A stretch of DNA of 64,000 bases from Thermoplasmatota archaeon (GTDB lineage Archaea; Thermoplasmatota; Penumbrarchaeia; Penumbrarchaeales; Penumbrarchaeaceae), in the NCBI GenBank assembly GCA_029762535.1, contig JARVGK010000007.1, positions 39,420 through 103,419 on the forward strand, read 5' to 3'. Made by a program: the position numbers and the translations under genes. This document shows positions 55,313-64,000 of the stretch, one piece after another. Under the pieces are notes generated by a model that saw only the letters and a program-made list of their open reading frames with translations, was not told the DNA's origin and did not search any database. The number at the start of each line of letters is the position of its first letter. Position 1 is the stretch's first letter.

Positions 55313-56434
55313 GTGTTCAAGAGGATAGCCGCCATCCAGATCCTCACGGGAGGGGCGTCCATGGCATCATTTACCTATATCTCCCTCTATGCCAGGGAGA
55401 TCTCCCTGTCCAACCTCGAGATCACGATAATAGCGGCGCTTTTCGCGACCGCCTCTTTCCTCTCAGCATATCTTTTCGGAAGGGCCGCCGACCGCTACGG
55501 CAGGAGGAGGACGCTGATAATTGGCCTCTCATGCGCATCTTTCTTCGTTCTGCTTCAGGCGGTGGGAATGAACTTCCCTGTCCTAGCAGGCGGCAGGTTG
55601 CTCGCCGGAATAGGTTTCGGAATGTTCCCTGCAGCCCTTGCTGTCTATGCCTACGAGGCCGACATCAGGATGGGGAAGTTCTCCTCCTTCGCCTCTCTAG
55701 GATGGGGCTTGGCCCTTCCTATATCGGGAGCCATAGCCAAGCATGTCTCGATAACGGCGGTGTTCGTATTCGCATCGGCATTGGTACTGGCCTCACTTAT
55801 CATATCGCTGAACCTACCCAGGATAAGGGAGGCGCGGTTCCTCGCCCCTCTTCTTCCGTTCAAGATGATACTGAAGAATCACAGGGTGCTCCTACCGTTG
55901 ATCATAAGGCACTCGTCCGCATCGGCGATATGGGTCCTGTGGCCCCTCTTTCTGAGGGATAGGATCGGGCTTGACCTCTTCGAGATAGGCCTGATCCAGG
56001 CCACGAACGCGTTCACGCAGTTCACTACCTTTTACCTGATCGGGGACAAAGTTCCCCCCAAACCCTCCATGGTGGGGGGCTTGATCATGACCGCCATCGC
56101 TGCCACCTCTTTCATTCTCATCCAGAGCTTTCCACTTTTTCTCATCACGCAGGTATTCCTGGGCATGTCGTGGTCCCTCATGTATATCGGGGCACTTCGC
56201 ATAATGCTGCGGGAGAACGATGAGAGGGCCACGGCCACAGGCCTTTTGAACTCTTCGATAAGCATTTCAGCTCTTTTCGGTCCGGGGATCTCCCTCATCA
56301 TCGTTGCGGTCCTACCACATGCGAGCTACGAGGGGCCCATGGTCCTCGCGGCCGTCGCATCGGCCCTGGCCGCACTTTACTTCGCGTCCCTATCCCTTTT
56401 ACAGGGCAGGGACAAAGCTCAGTCCAATAGATAG
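55313..56434 (+). CDS. MFS transporter
   Basis: About 11-12 hydrophobic segments. MFS motif A GRAADRYGRRRTLIIG. Confidence 0.8.
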   Translation: MFKRIAAIQILTGGASMASFTYISLYAREISLSNLEITIIAALFATASFLSAYLFGRAADRYGRRRTLIIGLSCASFFVLLQAVGMNFPVLAGGRLLAGIGFGMFPAALAVYAYEADIRMGKFSSFASLGWGLALPISGAIAKHVSITAVFVFASALVLASLIISLNLPRIREARFLAPLLPFKMILKNHRVLLPLIIRHSSASAIWVLWPLFLRDRIGLDLFEIGLIQATNAFTQFTTFYLIGDKVPPKPSMVGGLIMTAIAATSFILIQSFPLFLITQVFLGMSWSLMYIGALRIMLRENDERATATGLLNSSISISALFGPGISLIIVAVLPHASYEGPMVLAAVASALAALYFASLSLLQGRDKAQSNR

Positions 56435-56466
56435 CTTTTAAAACAACTTCGTCATTTTGCCGGGCC

Positions 56467-57507
56467 ATGGACGCGTCCGAACGCGGTGTCCCGGTCTATC
56501 ATCATCCGGACTACGAGGCCAATATCCAGCCGGTCGGCCACCCGGAATCACCGGACCGTATCGCTTCGATCTTGAACCTCCTTAACAAGGTGGGCCTAAA
56601 GGTGGATAGAAGAACACCAGAGCCCGTGTCCGAGGAGGACCTTCTTCTGGCCCATACTCCGCGACATGTGGGACTGGTCCGCGATTTCGGCGTGGGTTAC
56701 ATGGACCCCGACACCTTTCACGACGACAGCACATTCAGATACGCCTTGATGGCCTGTGGGGGAACTTACATGGCGGCCAGGGACTGCATATCGGAGGGGG
56801 TGCCCACATTCTCCCTTGCCAGGCCGCCCGGACATCATGCCGGATCAGATTTCAACATGGGTTTCTGCTACTTCAACAACGTTGCCATCGCCGCCAGGAA
56901 GCTGTTGAAGGAGAACGCTTCGTTGGACAGGATAGCGATAGTCGACATAGACGCTCATCACGGGAACGGGACGCATGACATCTTCTACAAGGACCCAGAC
57001 GTTCTATATATTTCGACCCATCATTGGGGGATATTCCCGGGAACGGGGTTCACAGACGAGGTCGGGATCGGAGAGGGAGAGGGGAGAACGGTGAACCTTC
57101 CCCTTCGTGGAGGGACCGGGGACCACACTTTCGAAGAGATCACCAGGGAGGTCGTCGCACCTATCCTTCGGCAGTTCTCACCCGGAGCGATACTCGTTTC
57201 ACTGGGCGTTGACTCCCATCAGATGGACCCGCTTGCAGGCCTCTCGCTATCGACCCCCGGATATCTGAGGGTGGTCAAGGAATTGATCGAGGCCTCGAAG
57301 GAAATATGCGGGAGAAGGATATGCTTCGAGCTGGAGGGGGGCTATCACATCGGATCATTATCAGAGACGGTGGTCGGATGCATGAACCTTTGCAGCGTCG
57401 AACCTATCGATATGAGGGTCCGGTTCGATGAGACCAGGGAAAGCGTCCCGGACATGCTCAAGGTCCGTGAGTTCAAGGACGTACATGCATCCTACTGGAA
57501 CATCTGA
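56467..57507 (+). CDS. histone deacetylase-family (AcuC/Aph-like) deacetylase
   Basis: HPE.PDR, RPPGHHA, DIDAHHGNGT and EGGY motifs. Confidence 0.85.
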   Translation: MDASERGVPVYHHPDYEANIQPVGHPESPDRIASILNLLNKVGLKVDRRTPEPVSEEDLLLAHTPRHVGLVRDFGVGYMDPDTFHDDSTFRYALMACGGTYMAARDCISEGVPTFSLARPPGHHAGSDFNMGFCYFNNVAIAARKLLKENASLDRIAIVDIDAHHGNGTHDIFYKDPDVLYISTHHWGIFPGTGFTDEVGIGEGEGRTVNLPLRGGTGDHTFEEITREVVAPILRQFSPGAILVSLGVDSHQMDPLAGLSLSTPGYLRVVKELIEASKEICGRRICFELEGGYHIGSLSETVVGCMNLCSVEPIDMRVRFDETRESVPDMLKVREFKDVHASYWNI

Positions 57508-58635
57508 TCAGCGTACCCGCTTGTCCTTTGTTTTCTTTACATGCTTCTCCACCGAGGAGAGGGCGGATTCCAGTGAGAAGCCCAGATCATAGTCGTATCC
57601 CTCCCTGACGACGATACCTTCCGGCATCGTCACCTTCACGTTCACAGTATATTTGTCCTCGTCGCTGGTGTAATGATGCTGCTTGATCCTGACGGTCACC
57701 GCGTTGACGGATGATACCTTGTCTATCTTGGCGATATATCTCTTTATGATATCGTTGAGATCCGATGCGTCCATCAATCGGGATTCCTCCATTCCCGCTA
57801 TCTGGATGAGAGGGCCCGTCCTGCGGTCCTCCCTGAGTATGAGTTCCATGATGTCCACTTCGCTGACCGATCCCGCTATCTCATCGCCATCCACGATATA
57901 GATGACAGGGCTGTTCGATTCGATCATCAACGATCCAGCTTCCTTCACGCTCGAACGTCTCTGAAGGGTCTTTGGCATCGAGGCCATCGAACCCACTTCC
58001 CGGTTCCTCGTCACTTTCTGTCCAATGGAGCCCTTCTGCTGCCTGACGGGCGGCAGTTCTTTCATCGTGGCAAGAGTTGTCGAGAGTACCTCCCCTTGGA
58101 ACCTGCCCTTCTCATCCAGAACGGCCGCGGAGGATTCGCCGGTCATCTCCATCTTGGATATCGCATTGAAAACGCTCTCGGAATAATCCAACGTCAGCGG
58201 CGCGAAGTTCATTATCGACTCGACGGGGATCGAATCCATCGAAGGGTCTCTCATCATGCCCTTTATTATGTCCCTTCTGGAAATAACCCCCTTCAGGACT
58301 GAATTGACGGTCACGGGCATGGAGCCGTAATCCCTGGTAATGAGCTTCTCGACGGTCTGGTTTATCCTGTCCTTGGGCTTGGCCCTGGGAGGAGATACCA
58401 TGAAGCTTCTCGTCACCGCGTTCAACGGGATCTTCCTTCTCTTGGCCAGACTTCTCATCTTTATGTAACCTTTGAGCCTGTCACCCTCGACCACCGGTAG
58501 TTCCAGCACCTTGTGCTTCTTCATCTTTCCCAATGCCTCGGATATAGGGTCGTTCGGCCTTACCGTCCATTCCACCTTGGACATCACATCCTCAACTCTG
58601 ATCCTTAAAAGATCCCTGCTCATCAAAGTCCACAC
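57508..58635 (-). CDS. four-CBS-domain protein with C-terminal HPF/RaiA-like domain
   Basis: Two CBS pairs. The last 95 aa or so follow the beta-alpha-beta-beta-beta-alpha residue pattern of ribosome hibernation factors (see finding). Confidence 0.75.
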   Translation of the reverse strand: MWTLMSRDLLRIRVEDVMSKVEWTVRPNDPISEALGKMKKHKVLELPVVEGDRLKGYIKMRSLAKRRKIPLNAVTRSFMVSPPRAKPKDRINQTVEKLITRDYGSMPVTVNSVLKGVISRRDIIKGMMRDPSMDSIPVESIMNFAPLTLDYSESVFNAISKMEMTGESSAAVLDEKGRFQGEVLSTTLATMKELPPVRQQKGSIGQKVTRNREVGSMASMPKTLQRRSSVKEAGSLMIESNSPVIYIVDGDEIAGSVSEVDIMELILREDRRTGPLIQIAGMEESRLMDASDLNDIIKRYIAKIDKVSSVNAVTVRIKQHHYTSDEDKYTVNVKVTMPEGIVVREGYDYDLGFSLESALSSVEKHVKKTKDKRVR

Positions 58636-58760
58636 CTCCTTATCGACCTATGTGGTGCCTTCACCATGTCATTGGACCGTTTACCCCACATGTCATATAT
58701 ATTTTCTCCCTGCGCCCCCCCATGATAAACCCTTATATCCCACTAGTCATTACGGAATGC

Positions 58761-59279
58761 ATGCCTGACGATAAAGGAAAGAAGAGGGCCCTCATGACGG
58801 GTCCGGATCGCGCCCGTGTCCATATACTCATGGGGTCCTCTTCGGACATGCCAGTTGCCTCAAAGTCGATGGACATCCTGAAGAGGCTGGAGATACCTTA
58901 TGCTGTGACCGTGGCATCGGCCCACCGCACCCCGGACCTGGTCCAGAGAACCGTGGAGGGTTCTGCCGCAGCCGTATTCATCGCGATCGCGGGACTGTCC
59001 GCCGCACTGCCTGGAGTTGTCGCATCCCACACGATGAGACCTGTCATCGGAGTACCGGTCTCCGGCAAGCTGAACATGGATTCCATACTTTCGATAGTCC
59101 AGATGCCGCCCGGAGTCCCAGTTGGGGGCGTGGGTCTGGACCGAGGCGACAACGCTGCGCTTCTGGCCGCAAGGATGATCGCGATATCCGATCCCGCTCT
59201 TCTCTCAAGGCTGAAGGAGCATTGGGAGGATATGAGGAATAAGGTGATCTCCTCACAGGGAGAAGTGCTGTCCGGATGA
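58761..59279 (+). CDS. purE: 5-(carboxyamino)imidazole ribonucleotide mutase
   Basis: [19 protein letters not shown] and [11 protein letters not shown] motifs. ATG 58761 lies within ORF 58650. Confidence 0.85.
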   Translation: MPDDKGKKRALMTGPDRARVHILMGSSSDMPVASKSMDILKRLEIPYAVTVASAHRTPDLVQRTVEGSAAAVFIAIAGLSAALPGVVASHTMRPVIGVPVSGKLNMDSILSIVQMPPGVPVGGVGLDRGDNAALLAARMIAISDPALLSRLKEHWEDMRNKVISSQGEVLSG

Positions 59280-61108
59280 CGGAAGAACATGACACCATAT
59301 GCATCGTAGACAACGGGGGTCAGTTCGCACATCTGATCGCCTCCAGGATACGGGACCATCTGAAGGTGAAGACCGTTATCATGGACCCGCAGACCGACGC
59401 GAACGAGATACTGGGAGCTTTGGGGATCATACTCTCGGGGGGGCCGGATTCCATACACGAGGAGGGAGCGGTCAAGCTGAACCCCGACATCATGGAGATC
59501 GAGGCCCCTATACTCGGCCTCTGCTACGGTATGCACCAGATTGCCGTCCATTACGGTGGGAACGTCAGCAGGTCCGATCTGAAGGAGTATGGATATGCAA
59601 GGCTCGGATCGGAAGATGATCCCATCTTCGAGGGGATCCCTCAGAACGACCGGGTCTGGATGAGCCATGGGGACAAGGTCACTGAGCTGCCCGTTGGGTT
59701 TTCAACGATCGGGAGGACCGACAACTGCCCAATTTCGGCAATGTCGGACCCCGCCAGGAGGAGATGGGGGTTCCAGTTCCACCCCGAGGTCGAGGACACC
59801 GCCCACGGGATGGAGATGCTGGGAAACTTCGTGCTCAAGATATGCGGCGCCCGCCCAACGTGGAGGACAGGGGATATCATCTCCGAGATAGTGGATCGGA
59901 TCAAGGAGGAGGCGGGGAGCCGAAAGGTCCTGACACTGGTCTCCGGAGGCGTTGACTCCTCTGTGGTGGCGGCTCTTCTGAACAGGGCGCTTCCTCCGGA
60001 GCAGCTGAGATTCATACATATCGACACGGGTTTGATGAGACATGACGAATCCCGGATGGTAGAGGCCGCATTGAGGGAACAGGGTCTCGAGAACCTCAAA
60101 GTTATCAACTCGAAGGAGGCCTATTTCGACGCCCTTGACGGCCTCGTCGATCCAGAGGAGAAGAGAAAGGTCATCGGACGCCTTTTCGTCGAGATAGTGA
60201 ACAGGGAGGCCGTCTTCGCCCGAGATTCGGACTGGGTACTCGCCCAGGGAACGCTGTACCCGGACACCATCGAGAGCGGAGGGACGAGGAACGCCGACAT
60301 CATAAAGACCCATCACAACAGAGTGGACCTCATAATGGAGATGATCGACGAGGGCAGGGTCATAGAGCCGGTAAGGGAGCTGTACAAGGCGGAGGTCCGG
60401 CAGGTCGGGGAACTACTGGGATTGCCGCCCGAGATGGTGCACAGGCATCCGTTCCCGGGTCCCGGGCTCGGGATAAGGGCGCTCTGTCAGGACGAATCGG
60501 TCATCGAGGCCGACCTCAAGGGGATCGGCTCGATCCAGAGGGATGTGGAGATGGCCATAAGAAGGGACGTTTGGGCCTCGGAAAGGCTTTCCGCCCTTGT
60601 CCTGCCCATCAGGTCAGTAGGGGTAAAGGGGGATGCCAGGTCCTATGAGCATCCGGTCGCAATGTGGTGCCTCTCGGATTTTGAGTGGGGGGACCTCAAG
60701 ACCTTCGCCACGCGATTGGTCAACGGGACCAGGGGCATAAACAGATGTATCATCATTCTCCATCCGGAAACGTTCAGAACGCCCGTTCCAGTACCCAGAT
60801 ACCTGACGGAAAAACGGGTGGACCTCCTCAGGGAGGCGGACAGGATCGTCATGGAGGGGCTAGTTAACCACGACCTCTACGACCGCGTCTGGCAATGTCC
60901 GACCGTCCTGGTGCCCCTTTCCTTTGGAAGGGGGGAGTTGATCGTCATCCGACCGGTTTGGTCCAGCAGGGCGATGACGGCCGAGGTCGCCGAACTCCCG
61001 GACGAATTCTATACGGACGTGATGCACGGTCTGCTATCTCTCACCGGGATCGAGAGCGTAGCGGTGGACGTGACGTCCAAACCCCCTGGAACCATCGAAT
61101 GGGAGTGA
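59276..61108 (+). CDS. guaA: GMP synthase (glutamine-hydrolysing), fused GATase and ATP-pyrophosphatase
   Basis: GATase LGLCYGMH and FHPEV. PP-loop [10 protein letters not shown]. Overlaps the purE stop by 4 nt. Confidence 0.9.
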   Translation: MTEEHDTICIVDNGGQFAHLIASRIRDHLKVKTVIMDPQTDANEILGALGIILSGGPDSIHEEGAVKLNPDIMEIEAPILGLCYGMHQIAVHYGGNVSRSDLKEYGYARLGSEDDPIFEGIPQNDRVWMSHGDKVTELPVGFSTIGRTDNCPISAMSDPARRRWGFQFHPEVEDTAHGMEMLGNFVLKICGARPTWRTGDIISEIVDRIKEEAGSRKVLTLVSGGVDSSVVAALLNRALPPEQLRFIHIDTGLMRHDESRMVEAALREQGLENLKVINSKEAYFDALDGLVDPEEKRKVIGRLFVEIVNREAVFARDSDWVLAQGTLYPDTIESGGTRNADIIKTHHNRVDLIMEMIDEGRVIEPVRELYKAEVRQVGELLGLPPEMVHRHPFPGPGLGIRALCQDESVIEADLKGIGSIQRDVEMAIRRDVWASERLSALVLPIRSVGVKGDARSYEHPVAMWCLSDFEWGDLKTFATRLVNGTRGINRCIIILHPETFRTPVPVPRYLTEKRVDLLREADRIVMEGLVNHDLYDRVWQCPTVLVPLSFGRGELIVIRPVWSSRAMTAEVAELPDEFYTDVMHGLLSLTGIESVAVDVTSKPPGTIEWE

Positions 61109-61115
61109 TGTTCGT

Positions 61116-61700
61116 ATGATCGTCCTCGCCTCTTCCTCGCCGAGGAGAAGGGACCTGCTCCTCGAGGCGGGGATCGAACATATAGTGAAAGAGCCTTCCG
61201 CACCGGAGGCGGCCGAAGGCGATCCCGCCCAGATCGTCGTTGAGAACGCCAGACGAAAGGCCGTATCCGTCGAAGGCCGCCCTGGGGACCTGATCATAGG
61301 ATGTGATACGCTCGTTCTCTGTTCGAGGAGCATCCTCGGGAAACCTGTGGATAAAAAGGATGCAAAACGAATGGTCCTTCTGCAGATATCGTCCCCGGCC
61401 CAGGTATTCTCCGGAATATGCCTGTACGAAGCCGGGAAAAAGAAGGAACTCTACGGATATGAAGTTAGCACCGTGGTCCTTGAAGGAGATGTCGAAAAGG
61501 TGGACGAATACCTCGACACTGGAATGTGGACGGGAAAGGCGGGCGCTTTCGGGATACAGGATAGGGGGCCGATAAATGCAAGGTTGATCTCCGGGGAGGA
61601 GGACAACGTCATGGGGCTGCCCATGACGCTGCTCCGGAGGCTTCTGGCCCTGGCCGAATGCGAATATCCTGCCGATGCGCCCTCAGTTGTGGGTCGATGA
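61116..61700 (+). CDS. maf: Maf-like nucleoside triphosphate pyrophosphatase
   Basis: LASSSPRRRDLL, GCDT and GAFGIQD motifs. Confidence 0.85.
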   Translation: MIVLASSSPRRRDLLLEAGIEHIVKEPSAPEAAEGDPAQIVVENARRKAVSVEGRPGDLIIGCDTLVLCSRSILGKPVDKKDAKRMVLLQISSPAQVFSGICLYEAGKKKELYGYEVSTVVLEGDVEKVDEYLDTGMWTGKAGAFGIQDRGPINARLISGEEDNVMGLPMTLLRRLLALAECEYPADAPSVVGR

Positions 61701-61704
61701 CGGT

Positions 61705-62127
61705 TCACTCGATACTCTTGCCATTTATCTCTATGTCATGATGTATCCTGACGGACGATCTCAGCATCGCCGATACGGCACAGTAGCGGTCCATCGAAAG
61801 GGAGACCGCCTTTTTTACCTTTTCCGGATCCACTTCCTCCCCCTCTATCGCGTAGACCAGATGTATGCTCGTGTAGACCTTGGGATGCTCCAGGGACCTC
61901 TCGTGCTCCTCCCTGACCTCGAATGAGGTAAAGGTCACCTTCATCTTCTCGAGAATGGACACAACGTCCATGCCCGTGCAGCCCATCAATGCCTGGAGCA
62001 CCATCTCCATGGGTGCGGGCCCGCCGGTGATCCCGCCCACCTGCTCCGATGTGTCCATCGTCACCCATTTACCGCTGTCCGTCAGGCCTGCAAAGGCCAA
62101 TCCCTTGACTCTGATCGAGGATGCCAT
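61705..62127 (-). CDS. osmC: OsmC/Ohr-family peroxiredoxin-like protein
   Basis: OsmC pattern GP.PMEMVLQALMGCTGMDV...YCAVSAML with two conserved Cys. Confidence 0.8.
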   Translation of the reverse strand: MASSIRVKGLAFAGLTDSGKWVTMDTSEQVGGITGGPAPMEMVLQALMGCTGMDVVSILEKMKVTFTSFEVREEHERSLEHPKVYTSIHLVYAIEGEEVDPEKVKKAVSLSMDRYCAVSAMLRSSVRIHHDIEINGKSIE

Positions 62128-62303
62128 TTTCTTCCCTCCATCGCTACCAGAGGCTCGCTGTTTAAATAACTAACCCTTCAAGGGTTAGGAGCAGGAAGTT
62201 TTTAAATAATGGAGGTATAGACCATACCTCCTTCGTGGGGTCCATACCATGCCTCACCCGGAGAGGCGCATCTCGGGACCAGATACCACATGGGGTTGAG
62301 AAA

Positions 62304-64000
62304 ATGAGCGAAGAGAACGAGAACGAAAGAACATCCGGCCTCTCATCCTCCGTATCCCTGGAGGAGAGCGTGCTCTGCCACTGGAGGGAACACGAGGTTA
62401 CCGGAAGGCTTCTGGAGCACAATAAGGGCGGGCAATACTTTCGATTCCTGGAAGGCCCCCCCACCGCGAATGCACCTCCGGGCGTTCATCATATATTCGC
62501 GAGGACCGTCAAGGACACCGTTTGCAGGTACAGGAACATGAAGGGGTCCTTCGTACCTCGTATGGGTGGCTGGGACTGCCACGGCCTACCTGTCGAGATC
62601 GCGGTCGAGAAACAGCTCGGCATAGAGAACAAGGACCAGATAGAGAAGTATGGCATCGAGCCGTTCATAAAGAAATGCCGGGAATCCGTTTTCTCGTACA
62701 TAGACGACTGGTCCCGAATGACGGAGCGCCTCGGTTACGTCCTCGATCTGGACCACCCTTACATAACCATGACCGATCAGTATATCGAATCCGTCTGGTG
62801 GTCGCTAAAGGAGATCTGGAAGAAGGGGCTTCTGAGCGAGGGGCACACCATCGTCCCATACTGCCCCAGATGCGGAACCTCGCTCTCCTCCCACGAGGTC
62901 GCCCAGGGATACCGGGAGGTCGAGGACCCTTCGATATTCATCAAGTTCAAGGTGATGGGGCAGGATAACACGTACATCCTGGCGTGGACCACCACTCCGT
63001 GGACGTTGATATCCAATGTCGCCCTGGCGGTCCATCCGGACGAATTCTACCTCGTCATAGAACACAAGGGTGCGAATCTGATACTGGCCGAGCAGCGGGC
63101 GAGGGTCCTTTTGAAGGAGGGAGAGTATTCTATCATCCGGAGGCTCATGGGATCGGACCTGGAGGGGACCAGGTACGAGCCTCTGTATTCCTTCGTAAAG
63201 CCCGATAGACCGGGACACTTCGTGTGCACGGCGGATTTCGTCACCATGGAGGATGGGACCGGCGTCGTTCACATCGCGCCCGCCTTCGGCGAGGACGATC
63301 ACAACCTCGGGAAGGCCTATGACCTTCCCATGGTCCAACCGGTCGAGGCCGATGGGACGTTCTCCGAGGCGGTCACCCCATGGAAGGGCATGTTCGTCAA
63401 AGACGCTGATCCCCTCATCATCGAGGACCTCACCCAAAGGGGGCTCCTGGAGGGCACGCATCTCTACGCTCACCAGTATCCCTTCTGCTGGAGATGCGAC
63501 ACCCCGCTCCTCTACTATGCCAGGAAAGGGTATTTCATCAGGATGACCCAACTGAGGGAGGGCCTGCAGCGGAACAACCGGTCCATAACATGGTATCCCG
63601 ACAACATCAAGAACGGCCGGTTCGGGAACTTCCTCGAAGAGGTCAAGGACTGGAACCTCTCCAGGGAGAGGTACTGGGGGACTCCCCTGCCGATCTGGAA
63701 GTGCCCGAAAGGGCATGATCATGCCGTCGGGTCGATCGAGGAGCTGAAGGGTCTCTCCGGCATGGAACACATCCCCGAGCTTCATCGGCCATATGTGGAT
63801 GCAGTGACCTTCCCATGTCCGAAGTGCGGTGAGACCATGAACAGGGTCAGCTACGTCATCGACTGCTGGTACGATTCGGGATCGGCCCCTCACGCCTCAT
63901 TACACTATCCCTTCGAGAACACGGAAGAGTTCCATAACCAGTTCCCGAGGGATTTCATCGCGGAAGGCATAGACCAGACCAGAGGATGGTTCTATTCTCT
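62304..64000 (+). CDS. ileS: isoleucine--tRNA ligase, 3'-truncated by the window edge
   Basis: Not in the ORF track because no stop falls in the window. Translation MSEENE...FLEGPPTANAPPGVHHIFART..GWDCHGLPVE...DFIAEGIDQTRGWFYS. HIGH-type motif, IleRS-like connective region and a CP..C zinc motif. Confidence 0.9.
   Translation, partial: MSEENENERTSGLSSSVSLEESVLCHWREHEVTGRLLEHNKGGQYFRFLEGPPTANAPPGVHHIFARTVKDTVCRYRNMKGSFVPRMGGWDCHGLPVEIAVEKQLGIENKDQIEKYGIEPFIKKCRESVFSYIDDWSRMTERLGYVLDLDHPYITMTDQYIESVWWSLKEIWKKGLLSEGHTIVPYCPRCGTSLSSHEVAQGYREVEDPSIFIKFKVMGQDNTYILAWTTTPWTLISNVALAVHPDEFYLVIEHKGANLILAEQRARVLLKEGEYSIIRRLMGSDLEGTRYEPLYSFVKPDRPGHFVCTADFVTMEDGTGVVHIAPAFGEDDHNLGKAYDLPMVQPVEADGTFSEAVTPWKGMFVKDADPLIIEDLTQRGLLEGTHLYAHQYPFCWRCDTPLLYYARKGYFIRMTQLREGLQRNNRSITWYPDNIKNGRFGNFLEEVKDWNLSRERYWGTPLPIWKCPKGHDHAVGSIEELKGLSGMEHIPELHRPYVDAVTFPCPKCGETMNRVSYVIDCWYDSGSAPHASLHYPFENTEEFHNQFPRDFIAEGIDQTRGWFYS

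Noticed and set aside
1-64000. A search by eye for tRNA, rRNA, SRP RNA or RNase P RNA genes and CRISPR arrays in all intergenic gaps longer than 100 bp.
   Set aside because: I could not recognise any cloverleaf-compatible sequence, rRNA signature or regularly spaced repeat array. This is a by-eye negative and should be confirmed with tRNAscan-SE/Infernal.

Overview
This 64 kb window is densely coding and looks like an archaeal chromosome. The assignment rests on gene content, not on a search: two-subunit pyruvate carboxylase, archaeal PheS, class III (prepilin) signal peptides, AbrB-PhoU regulators and an alkyltransferase-EndoV fusion of the kind known from Thermoplasmata. Spot counts of 60-nt lines give about 55-63% G+C in most genes.

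Housekeeping genes flank the window. On the left are pgi, pycB and pycA. On the right are corA, pheS, an M18 aminopeptidase, nfi, an HDAC-family gene, purE, guaA, maf, osmC and ileS.

The central 12-42 kb is accessory-like and dominated by phosphate acquisition:
- A canonical pstS / fused pstCA / pstB / phoU operon, followed by arsC and a metallophosphoesterase.
- A second PstS carrying an archaeal prepilin-type signal peptide, followed by a 1081-aa PstC-PstA fusion. That fusion has about 340 aa inserted in an extracellular loop. The pair is transcribed divergently from a type IV pilus-like assembly operon (FlaI/PilB ATPase plus two TadB/TadC-like proteins) and sits near a pilin-like protein, a KaiC/FlaH-like pseudo-ATPase and an ExeA-like ATPase.
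- An orphan pstB followed by two AbrB-PhoU regulators on the opposite strand.

Between the second and third sets lies a small island with an AAA-ATPase + RloB (AbiL-like) pair. It is bracketed by a roughly 148-bp direct repeat and by gene relics. A clearly AT-rich two-gene operon of unrecognisable proteins sits at 39.7-41.6 kb.

I saw no rRNA, tRNA, CRISPR array, transposase or integrase. Many ORF-track entries are antisense or alternate-frame shadows of real genes in GC-rich DNA. All family assignments come from motif recognition by eye, and no database search was run.
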